Assembly: GCA_000934665.2 (NCBI GenBank) | Contig: JYFJ02002753.1 | Coordinates: 1-51,668, forward strand | Direction: 5' to 3' | Origin: Catajapyx aquilonaris | Lineage: Eukaryota | DNA: 51,668 nt | Shown here: positions 34,343-48,445 of the stretch, in pieces | Position numbering within the stretch: position 1 is the stretch's first letter | How the letters are laid out: each line of letters opens with the position of its first letter | Notes under the pieces: model-generated | What the model saw: the letters and a program-made list of their open reading frames with translations, nothing else | The model's database searches: none | Told to the model about the DNA's origin: nothing | Made by a program: the position numbers and the translations under genes

Positions 34343-37300
34343 GTACGTACCGGAGCTAATACTATTGTGCATATGGTATAAATTATAAAATATTCCACAA
34401 AAAACACCCCCGAGGCATCAATGCATTGACCCAACAATTGATGTGTGAAAATAACATGGTCATAATGTTCTCATTGATAAACAACAAGCGAAACGTTTAT
34501 TGACATGCGCTAGTAAACACTGGCACGGGGACACACTAAAAGGTAAACAGACTCGATTTTTTTACGCCTGTTCCGTCCACCTCTCTCCTAAAGTTGAAAT
34601 CACTTTGTCACCTCTCAAGAGAAGCCCCACCAAATCGCTTTTGGAAAAATAAACGACCCGCGCGAGTCCTTCCTCACATCCCAAGCAACGTGCAGTTCTG
34701 AAGAACATCGTTTCATCTTTACAACCCCTGAGTCTATCTGGAAACAAGCTGCGGACCCCCTCCTAACTCTTAGTTGGAAGCGGGACTTATTGGACCGGAA
34801 GAAGCAAATGGGATTCCTCTCTACCAATCAGCACTGCTCTCTGTTCATAATTGCTCGTTATTACGCGAAATAAATCGAATGGTCCTGCACACATTTGGGT
34901 CGAGAGGATTCAAATTAAAACCTACTTCTATACCAATCCTTGTGTGTAACGTGGTTTGGTGACTCTGGGAGGGTCAAAGTTACTCTGAAATTACGTTATG
35001 CTGACAAAACTCGATTCGCTTCCAGCCACAACTGCACAATATAAGTTCACAGGGTGCCCATCTCAATATTGGCACTTCTTCAATTGGAAATGTCAGGCAG
35101 TGCATGACTTGTGCCTCGGTAGGTATAAAGGGATCCTTTCAGAATTCACATCTCGTCACTGGCAACCTTTCAAAATCCTTTCCTGATGGAGAGGTTCACT
35201 TAAGCAAATGGCGCCGGACATCGCCTGAGGGCCAAATGATCGAAGCTCAATAAGGGTTCTGGTCCGCGGATCGAAGATTTCATAAGGCCGTCAAACCACC
35301 TTCCAGTGAGCTTGGTAATGGGCTCCATAAGAATAAATCAAACGCTTCCGGTGCAATGGCCGGATTAAGGACCCCTAGGATGACCACCTCTCTCTGGTGA
35401 CAGAAAATCGTCCGTCAGACGACGAAGGAGAAAAGATGGAGGTACAGTGATCGCCCATTGCTATAACTTGAAAGGGGGTAGACATTTTCTTACAGAATCT
35501 GAACCTGAGGTAATGTGTCTGCGGATCCACAAGATGGGGTTAGTTGAGAGTTTTGTCAAGAGATGGGGTGGATGCGGGGGTGGCAGGCCTGGAAGGAGGT
35601 TTGCAGTTGTGTATTTAGTCGTGAGACAGCCGAAGACGATGCTAGTCTAATAAAGATGTTGTTTGGCAATACGCGTATTATTATCGGAGTGACTGCGGGC
35701 TCAGAAGAGATGACGGTCAGATCTCACACTTTAATCCAAATGTTGCATGACCTTACTCCCTCATTAATCCGACAAAATAGATCTCGTTGCTCCCGACATG
35801 CTACGGGGTTGAAACTGTTCCGGGACTTGCATCACTCAGGCCCATAAAAATTTTAATGTCCGAACTTGGGGAGCCAAAAAAATAAGGGCACGTTATTATT
35901 TGGCCCTGTCCCGTGGGAGGGGGAGGTCCCAACTTCCCATTGCTCGGTGGCCCGAGTATGCGACTACAAGCCGATTACGCCCAGTTTATTATATGGCATG
36001 ACATTTTGAGACTGATTTTGTATGGGTAGTAAAGTAGGATAGCTTAGAATGTTCAAAATTACGGGCCTATACGTATGCTACATGTCTAAAACAACTGCCT
36101 AAAAATGGCGTTATGCAGGTTGGCTACGTGCTTAAGCTACAATATTACTTAAATAGTAAAAACAAGATGAACGTTTATCAGTACCTGGAAAGTTAGCTTC
36201 AGTTACCAGTACTACTGCACATGGAACAGTTTGTTTCAAAACCTGTTTTTTATGAACCTTGCATAAATCCCCTAACTTATAACTTCGGCCAGAACATGAG
36301 CTTCATAAAATTAAGCGTCAGAGACAGACGACTAAGCAGAAACCTAACCTATAAAATCTGAAGCTTCGATCATACGAGTAATTGACATAACACCTCGGTT
36401 CTTATTACCCAGAATAAATAATCCTTGTACGGTAGCATTTAAAAACCAAATATAGGTCGCACAACTTGGTTTTTTCTGCACTCATCTTAGGAATAGGAAA
36501 GTTGCCAGAACACACTGCTATCTGGAGGTGTGAAACTGACATCTAGTGTGGCCATTAGGGACCGGGCCAAAACCCGGAATAATTCTAGTAGCTAACACGA
36601 ATATCATGAATGTTTAAAAAAAATAATCATCGAAAAGGGACTGGCTAAAAGGCAGGAGACAAATTTGCAAACAAAAAGGTGACAGATACATCCTGTTCCT
36701 GATATTCCCTGAAATGCGTTTCTACTCATCTCTCAGTTTGCAGACTCGTCAGGCTAATGGCTGCTGACCAGGAGCAGTTTTCTGGAGCCATGCGAGGCTC
36801 GAATAGCCATTAATGGAGCAGTTAGTGAACCGGGCAACTTTTCCTCTCTCACACGACTCAATTTAGGGTCTGTTTGCTCTGAAGAGAAAACTCCATCGAT
36901 ACCAAACACCACCACTGCGATATTTGCCAGACATCGCATTTTAGATTTAGTGTCCTTTTAACGGCGACAAATTCCACCTAATAATACTCCACTTTTCCAG
37001 GATACTTGGTTATTTTTTATTGGATGGGTAATGGATCCTGGTATGAAATATTTGGTAATCAAGTCCTGTGATGCATCGGAGAAGAAGAAAATGAGACTCG
37101 TCCTACACACAAAACGTTTTGAGATAACAAAATGTGCAGTCATTTTTTCTCGACACAGGCTCGGTAATTCATGTCAGCTGTACCACACAAAAATAGGAGT
37201 CGAAAGACGCATATTCGGTTGTAGAAAATCATTTACGTGCTCTATCACATAATTATACTGTCGATAAGTATCACACATGAAACGTTTTGGAGTGTCTTTG

Positions 37301-38689
37301 CGCAGAACAGAATTGGGATATGCATCAGTGTCACATTCTATGGCTCACTGAACTGTATGTCACATGATAATAGTTCCGTGTCAAAAGTGTCTCCGTTTTG
37401 GATCAGTATAGTTAACCTACGAAAAGGATAAAAAGTAATATTGCTACAGCTATTTTTGCTAGCCTTATGGCAGACTATTCCAGTTCTATTCAATATGACG
37501 CTGCCGCGGGCTGAATGACAAGTACAGACGTCTCAAAAAACAGGTGACAACAGATGTGCGTTACGACTAATTCACGCAACCTAATTTGGCCATCATTATA
37601 AATAACGTTGGCACTCGAAATTCATTAAATGCTCACCACTACATGGGCATGGGACTATTTAATAACCGGCCCATAATTTTCAAATTTTCCTTCTCGTTAA
37701 ACAGGTCAAACTGCCACAAATTTTGTCAACAATTTATTGTGCCGTGCTATTGCTGTGGGGAAGGAGAGCTGGGCTTGTACATGTTGCCTCGTAATTGACA
37801 TATATAATTTACTTCATTGGTTAGTACTAATTATTATTTTACTTCTAAACACAGCATGTGTTAAAACCCAATAATTAAATCAGCATCCAAGAGAGGAAGA
37901 ATGCATACTAAAAATCCATTGCGATTTTGTCAAGATGACAGAAATGGGGACGAGCATCACACGTCAAATAAATTAGATTTAAACTGCGTAGATTTAAATC
38001 TAGACACATTTGGCTGTAGATCATGACTGGATGGACCTACGGGTGACATCACGATCATTATGAGCTAAAAGTCACTATCGACCACAAAATAAATAAATTG
38101 AGACGCTGAGCTGCACACTGCCAGTGATATAAAATGATCCCATAAAAATATATCAGGAAAGGTTGAAGTTTGGCGACATAGGTAATATTCCACTCCATAC
38201 TCTAAGAGTCTAAGAAACTGGTAGTCTTCATGAACTTACTCGGGATATCACACGATACAGCTGATGAATGTGGTTTGTGCCACTGGGTATGATCTGGCAA
38301 CCCAGCGTAAGACACTCACGCTTCTGCAATTTGTACCTCATGCTGATGCAATAATAATGACGCTCGCTCGGGAAATGATGTTACCATCATACCTGACAAT
38401 TGGCAGAAGTGGGACGAACACCTATATAAAGCACACTTTTGCATGAAGTAGTATTTCATACATATAAAAATAGCTATGTCGCAAGGATATCCACAGTATT
38501 AGCCTCAACTGAGAAGCCTTGATGTGGTTCACAGGTCCAGTGATGGCCTGTCAGACCAAAAATAGATAATGATCATAATATGATTATGTAACAGCATGGA
38601 ATAATTTTGTGGTCTTATTTTGGTACCAGCACAATTTCTCCATATTGATACAATCAGATGACAGTCGAATTGCATTTTTGCCTCTACAT

Positions 38690-39326
38690 TACGACCTATT
38701 CCCCACTACATGGTGGTCCAACGAGAATGGAAAGTACGCCTACACATTACGCTAATAAATAATAATGGTTCTACGACGAAAATAGATATATTGCGGCTCA
38801 TTACATTTCGGCCACAGTCCAGATAAATATAACCAGAATGCTAGCATACTTACGTTTGGGTTCGCGGTGGTTACCATTAAGCAAGGACAGAAGCATGTCC
38901 ATTGACCCGGACAAACCATGTTGCTTATGCTATAAAGGAAATACGGGTGACTGGTATCACTTATGGTGGGAGTGCAGGCTGTTTGAGGGTGGAAGAGGGA
39001 AAATTAAACAAGAATATATACAGAATTTAGCCGTGAAAATATATGGAGGGCGCTATTAAACCCCCTCAGTTTCACAATTATTGAAAACCTTATTTTATTA
39101 TTTTTCCTATATTGGTGACTGGATTAAAAACTGCTGAATAGCAAGGAGAATTGTACTTGGATTCTAGGAAATACCATTTCTGTAAAATAACGTGAGAGCT
39201 TTGTATTTAGATCTATATCTGTACCATTACTATAATATACTATGTATTATTATTCTGATATTGTGGTGTGTCCCTCCCTGCGAGAAAGAGGCAGGGAGGT
39301 AAATAAATGAATTGAATTGAATTGAA
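38690..39326 (+). mobile_element. 3' fragment of a second LINE
   Basis: LAYLRLG…CCLCYKGNTGDWYHLWWEC CCHC finger, like the element at 11223-11546. The 3' UTR has a stem-loop, AATAAA and a (TGAAT)n tail. The 5' end is approximate. Confidence 0.75.
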
Positions 39327-40240
39327 TAGGGTACTTATAGCAGTTGAAGTTCTATGCGTCAAATGCCATCAATTTTGCCATAAATGTAGCAATGGCGCCT
39401 CTAATTTTTTGATGTTACGTGTGTCAAAATTATCGTTCAGTGGTTTATACCCGCCAAAGAATATAATTCTGCCTGGTGCAGTTCAAACATGTTTGTGAAG
39501 CGCTTCCTATATGATTTGGCTATTTCATCTTAGAATAGAGGTACGACAAACATGGCAGGTGTTCCAATATCTCTAATGAGGTATAAGATCAACAACTGAT
39601 AGAATTTTCTAAAGTTGCTCTCATGTTTCACATTGTTTAGGGTAATGGATGGCTGGTGGTTTGGCATTCCTTTTTTGTTTATAAGCATTCTTCGCAAAAT
39701 TAGCATCATCTTTTTATCACAACTTTGGCAGAGCTATAAACTCTTAAACTATAAAGGCTCGAGAGTTCGAATTTAAAAACAAGAGCTATATGAGTGGCTT
39801 CTATTCCATCCAATGAATTTGTGCTTAATTACTTCGGTATTCTTTTCCTCAGACATTGATACAACTAAAAGGTTCATTTCATCAAAAAGTCAAGCAAATG
39901 AAAAGTTTGGACGCAAAATATATAAAATGGCAGATAGAGCAAAATAAGAAAGTTTCCCACAATTGCTAGCTCAGGCGTGGAAGTGTCCTCTACCTGCTAG
40001 CACAGACTGGGGGTAGCATCTGCATATTAATAATGCATATCTTCAACAAGTCACGACTAGAACCACTATTCCTGCATGACTACAGTTATCCAAGGTGACT
40101 CTGCCAAAGATGTAAGCACTAAAATATTGCCTATAGCCTAAACGGTATTCGAGCTATGTTTAGTTATTTCCATGGGGCTTTCTGAATGAATAAGTGAGAC
40201 CACAGAGAGCTGGGCAGTGCTTCTTAGTTGTGACGCTGAG

Positions 40241-40500
40241 GGCGACACGGTGGCCGAGTGGTTAGCGCCGCAGCCTTCCACCTCCAAGGTCCCGAGTTCG
40301 ATCCCCGGGTCGGACGGAGGATACTTATGTGGATAGAGTTTCGATGGGTTCTCTCCGTGTTCGCGTGGGTTTTCTCGGGGTTCTCCCGTTTCCTCCCACT
40401 ATCAAAATCCATCACATTACAGGCAAATTATTAAAGACGGGTATTCAAAAGATCCCCTAAGAGGCCCAAGGGGCCTATCACGGGATATCCATTATTATTA
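40241..40500 (+). mobile_element. Young V-SINE-like element
   Basis: A-box TGGCCGAGTGG, B-box GTTCGATCC, V-domain-like GTTCTCTCCGTGTTCGCGTGGGTTTTCTCGGGGTTCTCCCGTTTCCTCCCAC and an (ATT)n tail. 16-bp TSD TAGTTGTGACGCTGAG (40225-40 / 40501-16). Confidence 0.92.
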
Positions 40501-40624
40501 TAGTTGTGACGCTGAGATTTTTATCTGGACTGCCATACGTCAATCACGTAAAAGTGCTATTTTGACAAGGTTCATGGTGCTCTTAATATTTGTACTATTA
40601 TTATTCTGCTGCGTGACAAAAGTA

Positions 40625-40775
40625 AGTTAGTAGTTTCGTCCCACCCTTCCACGCCTGAGGTCCTGGATTCGATCCTCAGGTCAGATGGATTTGCTTATGG
40701 AGTTCGGTATGAGTTCTCTTCGCTTGGGTAGTTTTCATGATGATTATTCTGATTAGTTCTTCACTCGAAAGTCAT
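40625..40775 (+). mobile_element. Degenerate V-SINE-like copy
   Basis: CCTTCCACGCCTGAGGTCCTGGATTCGATCCTCAGGTCAGATGGA…GGAGTTCGGTATGAGTTCTCT parallels 40275-40355. Confidence 0.6.
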
Positions 40776-43700
40776 CAACTGGTGACACTGGGCACAACAT
40801 TCATTTAGTGCATATTTCTGTGTAGGTCACATATTTTACCTGCATCAATACACGGGCTGCACACAACCGGATTCATGCAATGGCCTACGACTTCTCTCAT
40901 GCATATAGCCTTAAAATAATCCCTGACGTACATTTCACACAGTTGTACTGAACATAAAAAGCCGTCCGAGCCTTTCTTGTGGTGAGAAAAAGAGAGAGAA
41001 AAGTTTGACCAAAATGTGGTTTCAGCGCCATTTTTTCAAGGCCCAGCGACTGAAGCAGCGCTTAAATTTTTTGATACCTTTCCGATTTTCCTTAGAAGAG
41101 ATGACTTAATATATTACCATTTTTCTGCTTCATGTGACATATTTTTACCCTCACCTCTACATGAAATACTGCATTTCCGGTACTAAAATATTCAATATAC
41201 TGATTATCATGAAAAAATTGTAAATTATATGCACTGGCCTACAACAGTGAGAATATCAAGTAGGGAGCCATTGCTCTGCGGTTCGAATCGCCGGCGGAGG
41301 CGGCGTATAAAAAAATATATCGGTGTGGTGCAGAGGTCGACTACACCGTTTCGACCTGTGCGCGTAGCCTACTAATACTCCATAGGATATACAGGAACCA
41401 CATAGCACGATCAAAGTTTCAAAATGGTAGCCTTCTGTTTTAATGGCGTTCATTCCTTTCATCGGAAATATTGAACAGCAAAAAAAAAAAAAAAAATGGC
41501 ATTTAAATATTTCGGCATGGTTTGGTAGATACTCGCTGTCCAGCTTTGCTATTTTACTAATAACTATTTACGTAACGAATCGGTGTCTGGGACGACGACA
41601 AGAATTACATCCAAGCAGAGTACTGCATGAAAGCCAGAAGTTCAACAATAACTCTTTGGCCATACTCACTCATCAGAATAGATTCCTGCATTAAGCATTC
41701 AACTTTTACCTATTTTGCATGTGACCTTGCCTTTAAGCTCATAAAGTAGAACTTGGTAATGTCTTTTTATATAAAACTCGGACCCTGGTCTACTTTGCAT
41801 ATGATCATAACTTCCACGCGACTCTCTTTCATTACTGTATTTCGACGAGCATGAGGCAAGATGCTCTCTGTTTTCCACTCCGGTGGCTCCCTCTCACCAG
41901 CAAGAAATAGCTATACACAACATTTATTTCTAGATATAAAACTTCAGACGGTGCACTAGACGCGTCAGCGCCAATGAAAAAGTTATGGAGTACCAAGAGT
42001 ACTAACGTCACGCGATTCGCCATAAAATACACAGCTTTTTATTTCATTTTATTTCTGGAAAAAAAGGAAAACAGGACGACCCATCTTCCCGGGGTCTTCT
42101 TTCTCCCATTGCATCTCCAGTTCCCGTATTGGGTCACTTTTTCCTTCCCACAAACTTGGTGCGAAGTTTCCGCTCGTTTTGACGACAACTGCCTCCTATA
42201 TCATCACGGATAGCAGGACTAAGTTAACCCGAGCGATTCTCTCTTGTGCAGCGCCAACTGTATTCTGCCAACGCGTCAGAAAGAAGTGAAGAAGGTCACA
42301 TGGAAGAAAGGCGAAAAAAAATATTTCCAGAAGGCTCTAACACCAAAACTTGCTTCACTGGCGCCTGTTTGAAAGTGATGGAGTGCGGAAAAGTCTACTT
42401 TCACGCCAGAGATTTATAGCTACACCAACAGTCTGGTAGAAACAGTCCCAAAAAAGGAGGTATCGCGGCTCAGAATTTTAATTTGGAGCGCACCCCACTG
42501 AGGGCGGTCGCCATCTTGGATGGCCGTTAGAGAATTTAAAACTCGGCCGCAGAGCGAAACGTGGCGGTGTTTCCAGTTTTCAGATGTGGTTTCGATTTAT
42601 CTCCCGGACTTTTCACGGAATGAAGAGAAATTGTACCTTGCTTGGGCGGATATGGAAACAACAACGAGTCCCGATCACTGAGCCCTGACTCGGACGTTGT
42701 GATTTATGTGGCTCGCTTACTGCACAAATCGACAAGTGGTCAGTGACTCTAGCAACAAAACAAAACAAAAGAAAAAGCAACAGAATTTCTTCGAGCTTAC
42801 TCTGAAGGCTGGCTGTTGTGAATCAGTATTTTTACAGTGATGTGATGAAAGGTAATTACTTTAATCACACATCGCTGCCCATTATAATCGTTTTATCGAT
42901 GAATTAATCAATAACTCGGCCCTTCATCCCCTCAGCCTCAGGGCCTAAAGCCTGGGTGCAATGATTCATTCGCACGCGGTGTTGCATACGGTTTTGAACG
43001 CGAAATATTTAACACCAAAACTAATTCACCACCGCACTAAATAATGCAGGGTTTCTCATTAGCTAATGACTGTTTCACAAATGCTCAATATCTAGTTGTC
43101 AAAATGCCACAGAAGCGTCTTTCATAATGCATATATGACAACATGGATTTACAACCACAGTATTTTAATTTTCGGTATTGTACGTATATTTTTCAACCAT
43201 TCGGTGTAACTCTTGCCAGCTTACGTGATGGGTTTTTAATCTATAGCACAATAAGTAGCTGCCAGTGTGAATCTTTCAACTTAATTGCTTTAGGTAGCCG
43301 ATAGAGAAACTCGTTCCACGAAGAAGCTGCAATGATATTTGTACATTTTCCATATTCCACCTGGGGAAAATTCTCATAATGTGTTATTAGATAATATTAC
43401 TTTAATATCTCCAGTTGGATTACCTAGACGATGAAAAACCGCTATGCATAGCTAAATGCCAAGCACTGAAAGTCAAGTGGCATTGATTTTCCTGGCCTTC
43501 ATGATAGGCTAACGGAGCATCTGCCATAGAAGAATTTTTCTACCCTCTCTTTCTGCAATCTTAGTGGAGGATTGGTAGGGTCCCAAGACCCTTACGATCT
43601 CATCTCTCAAGAGAAAGAGTCTCCATAGTCACTCGCTCGGATTCCATTTCCGTTGTGTGAACCCGCATTGTCTAGGCCCACGGATCCAGTAGGTCAGCAT

Positions 43701-46700
43701 TTTCGCTGCAATTCTCTTCACTGCTGCTGGTTTCATTGTCCTGCTTGGCTTTGGGAATGGCCTCAACCATCCCTGCAATAAAGGGACCCTGCGGTTGCCT
43801 TTGCACCCGCTCCCAATGTGGAAACTCCACTTTATTCTGGTTTTAATGAGATCATTGTCAATATGTATTTGGATATATGTGCGCAATTTACATTGGAAAA
43901 TCATATCCACTTGGCGCGTCCAGGACCCAAGCTACTTAGCCAACATCGGATAGTTTTCTGTAAAACTGCTTACAGTCCGGATTAAACCTCCCTTGTAAAG
44001 CACCTCGGAGGACTTCCGTCCATCTAATAAAGTAAGAAGATTAGCTCTCCTTGGTCCAGGCGCCAGGGCCGTTCCTCGCCATTCACACCTTTTACGGCAG
44101 GAGCATAAAAATTTCACGGTCTCTTCCATAGTGGCGAGATATTGCATTTGGCGCCATAGCCATCCTTCGGGAGCCAACATTGATTGGCAAACTCTGGCAC
44201 CCTTTTCTCATACACTCTTATTCCCTCCAGACGTTACGCTCCGGAGAGTCAACTCGAAAACTCTCTTATTTTCGCGTGTCCCATCTATAGCTTCCTCCAT
44301 GCCCGTTAGAACCTGTGAGATTGAAGGAATATCTGCAGTAATGTGCCGTCATGAGCCCGTAGCAACGAAACGTATACTCTGACAACGTGAAAAAGCAATA
44401 TGTAGCAAATTTTTGAGTGGGAAGTGATGCAGTCGTATGGGTGACGCTATGTTTGATCCGAATAAAATGCCACAGGATTTTGAGAAGTGAATCTGCTAAT
44501 ATGGCCTAATATGTTAATTTGCAAAATTGTGCTGGTCTTCTGATCTTCTGCCAGTATACACTACTTCTGGCACTAGAGCCAAGAAAGAGGAGAAATGAGC
44601 TTGTTAGGTTCCTTATAATAAAAAACCCCAACAAATGGCCTGATTCACTCTTTACATAATGTTGATCATTTCTGAGACTTATTCCGAAAGCAGAGAGTCA
44701 TGTTCTCTTACTGAACCAATGGCAGCGTTTTTCTTCCTTGTTGACAAGTTCTGTCGCCTTTGATGGCTTGGGAAGGAAAAAGAAGACTCAGAGCCAGTCT
44801 AACGACGTGGTATTTGTGATTTTGATAGAGACATCTTTTTCAACCTTCTTTTTCGCGGCATTTCGAGGAAAGAATGGGAGCTCAAAAGATGAAAACAGGA
44901 ATAACACCTTTTAGGGTTATTGAGAAAGTTACTTGTTTACTCGGAGAAAAGTTGGTCCCGAAAACTACCGTGCAAAAAATAGTATTAAGAAATGGATAAG
45001 GATACCCCACCACATCAGTCACGACTCCCCCCAAAAAAGACGGCCCGATGCTACAATCAAATCACTCTCTTCAGTCATTGTTGCAAAATCCGTCCATAAG
45101 ACTTAAGCCTACGGATAAGCCGCCTTTCATCTTTATAACGAGCCATCTCGAGCCGTACGAAAATGAGTCCGTGGGCTGCAAATGCAGTGGCGGAAAATTT
45201 GAGGCAAAAAGTCTGCAGAAAAAAAAACTGGCCGGAATGGAAAGAGTTGGGGAAACACTGCAGTCTTCAAGAAGGTATCGCGCAACGCTCGAGGTGTGGC
45301 CCGTTTCATCCAATTACTCAAAAGCGCCCTTTGGGGAGCACCACGACTCTTCGGGGGCATAAACCGCACCCACTTTGGGGTATGAGCCTCCTTTTGTGTT
45401 CATTTCCCTATTTCTCAACTCGGCCGTAACTTTATACTGCGAAGCCCATATGCTCTTGCGTAGGGTGGGGAGGGAAAGAGGAACACCTCTAACTACATGG
45501 CATTTCCTTGGCACTAAATGAAACCAAGTCCCCGACTTCAATTAGCTTTGTTATTCAGATTTATGGAACAGGTCCCAAGCAGGCCATTTCCTATGCAACC
45601 ACTTATCACTCGCCCAACCCAGCCGCACAAGGAAAGGAAAACGTGCCAGGACGACCTCCGAGACATTTGCCTTCAGTTTGTCACTGTCCTATTTTTTTTT
45701 TACCGGAAGCACCCTGTTCATGTTCAATGCTAAACAATACGATTCAACGGACAGAAGTTATGCGACTATTGGGTGATGTATCATAAAACAAGGGCAGATC
45801 ATTTTTGCCAGAAGGGTGCTGATACAAAAATTATGTGCAATAGTACTGAAAAATAAACAGTGTGCTTCAGTGAATTACCAAACATTGATGCAACATAAAT
45901 TAGCTCAGTTATGGATTACTTAATGTTGAATGTAAGCACGTGTAATTTCACATTACACGATTGCACGTAACACTTTCATTGTTACGTATGTCATACTGTA
46001 GGCCAGCTGCTGTAGGCTATTATTGAGAATTTCATCTCTCTCTGCAAACCTGGAATACGTGTTAATGAAGAAATATTTTCCTAAACATAACGAATTCAGC
46101 TCAGAATAATATTGAAATTTTATTGTCAATATATTAGTTTGTTGCAATTATTAACAGTAATTTTTGCTGAGGACGACGTCAGTACTATTCAAAGGCTGAA
46201 TACATAAGTGACAGTAACGTCACTCTTGAAAAGCTCCTGAAAAATTCCCCTACGAATGCAACGACGCGGCAGTGGAATTATATCTGCATAAGAAAAACCT
46301 TAATTGAAAACAGCTTGGAGCCAGACCGAATATTTTCCGAAGATACGAACTTTTCCCCATTATCATATATGCATCAGTTGCTATCGGCTACAGCAAGGCA
46401 AAAATCAAGACAATGGAAATGACTGCCGGGCGTCGTCTCGCTGATTGTCATCAGGACAAGAAAAAAGGACGTCTGGCAGCAAATTACTGCTCTGCTACGT
46501 ACAAAAAAAAGGGGAAAAAGGAAAAAAAGACGACGCTCTAGTTTTCTGGCTCCGCTTGTCCTCGCAGCCTGCAGCGACATTAAGAAATGCGCTCCAATCA
46601 GGACGCCATTATTTCTTTTCTTCTTTCTTTCGGGGTCATCAGAAACTAATTAGGAAGTCCACCAGCACCAACTCACCATTGCTTCTTACAGCCCTTCTAC

Positions 46701-48207
46701 TAATGTTTTGAGTCCGGCTCTGACCCATACACACTGTATGGGTTGGAAAAAACAATGCTGATGAGAAGGCTGGAGTGTTTCCGTTTGCTTACGATGGTCA
46801 TTGTTGGGAACATTAGTATATATTTATGTCCGTGTGCGAAATATATGAAAATCTGAAGCTTATTCTGGTGGGTCCATGCGAATCAATCAATTTCACTATT
46901 TCGCAAAATTATAAAAATATCACATATTTTGCAAAATATTTAATAGTGTGTCCTAGTCAGCAACGTCTACATTCTGATGTAAAATTTAGTTACATATAGT
47001 CACTTAATAATTCACTAACGGCCCGGGAAAGCTCGGTGTCAGAGTTCGCCTTTTTGTGTAGAGCCCACCACCACAATTCACATATTCCTACATGTTACTG
47101 TGGATATGTCTTGCCACTACCATACATTCCTGGCGGTGTATCAGCAGAAAAAGAAATGTGCCGCATCCACGTAGTTCCGTAAAAACTCTCATAAAATCTC
47201 AGAACATGCGGGATTCCTGAAAAACCATTACCGGTACATTTTGTTGAGTTTTTTTTCCAGGATGACAGCTGAATCAAATAGAGCGAAGTGAGCTCAAAAT
47301 AGCACTTCATTAATGGCCACATGTTATTTTCCTGCATATGACTCTCGAAATTGTCAACAAGCGGAACCTGCATCCGGCATCCTTAAATGGTTTTGCTAAC
47401 GAAATCAGTCCACCTCTTACTTTGAAATCACACGCTGACAAAGGGAACACAAAGCAACTACTCAGCCTTCTTGTTGTGTCCGGGCCATAAAAGCATGTTT
47501 TTCTAAGGCTTCCTGTGCTGCATCTCCTTCCTGACGACAAAGGCTACGTTATGGCCTCACTAAGAGGTTTCCTAAAGGTGTGTGCTGTTTTCCGGTTTGA
47601 CATCCCAAACATCCCGTCCATTTACTTTCCGAAGCCGATAAAGTGAAATGCTCCTCTCCCTATACGTCCGTTTTAAACGAGCCAGCATTACTCCAGAGCA
47701 TGACAAAGCGTCTGGAATTCGTTTTAAATCTACCAAGCCATTTACCCTCGGTGCCCGGTCACAATGCCCTGGGGATAATGCCAGTGTAAAACGTACCATC
47801 GGTTCCCACTGTATGAAAAGCATGCCATTAAAACGAAGTTGGGTTGAAACACTTACCGCACGTTGTTTTCGCGTGTCGACCGGCCTCTGCCCTTCGTTAT
47901 GTCGAGGATGTTGCCAGCGGCTGACAGTTTCCGCCTCCATTTCCTCTTCATCTGCACAAATAAAGAGCCAGGAAATAGGTTGATTTGCATCCCCACACGA
48001 ATTCAGAGTTACGACCCTTTTACGCACGCTGTTTACGCACTATACGCCGTGTACTGTCATTCATTCTGCATTTGACAAAATGGAATGAGGCGCCACACCC
48101 CTACACTACTGGTTCTCAGACTTTTTTGACTGCGGCACACTTAGCCAGTGCTGAAGACTCCTTACAACTGAATATGATGCGACCCACTAGCATGCCGCAG
48201 ATCATCT

Positions 48208-48445
48208 GAGGTGCTCCCAAGAAGAGTGGTTCAAGTGACAAAAATCATGAAAAAAGTTATATAATTATACCATTGTCATCTTTCACGTGTAATACTGGTT
48301 GTTGTGCAGAAAAATTCCTGGACGACTTGAACCGCAAAGATTAATATTTGATCCCATATGACATCATAGTAAGTCATTAACTTTAAGTCCCGTTTTCTCT
48401 GAAACAACATTTTGCGACTTGAACCACTCTTGTTGGGAGCCCCTC
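48208..48445. mobile_element. Sola2-like MITE
   Basis: GAG…CTC termini, ~35-bp imperfect TIRs (GAGGTGCTCCCAAGAAGAGTGGTTCAAGT / ACTTGAACCACTCTTGTTGGGAGCCCCTC), and a 4-bp TSD ATCT (48204-07 / 48446-49). Confidence 0.75.

Noticed and set aside
40241..40315. tRNA gene
   Set aside because: The A/B boxes continue into a V-domain and tail, with a 16-bp TSD. It is a SINE head. The same applies at 8676, 14259 and 21991.
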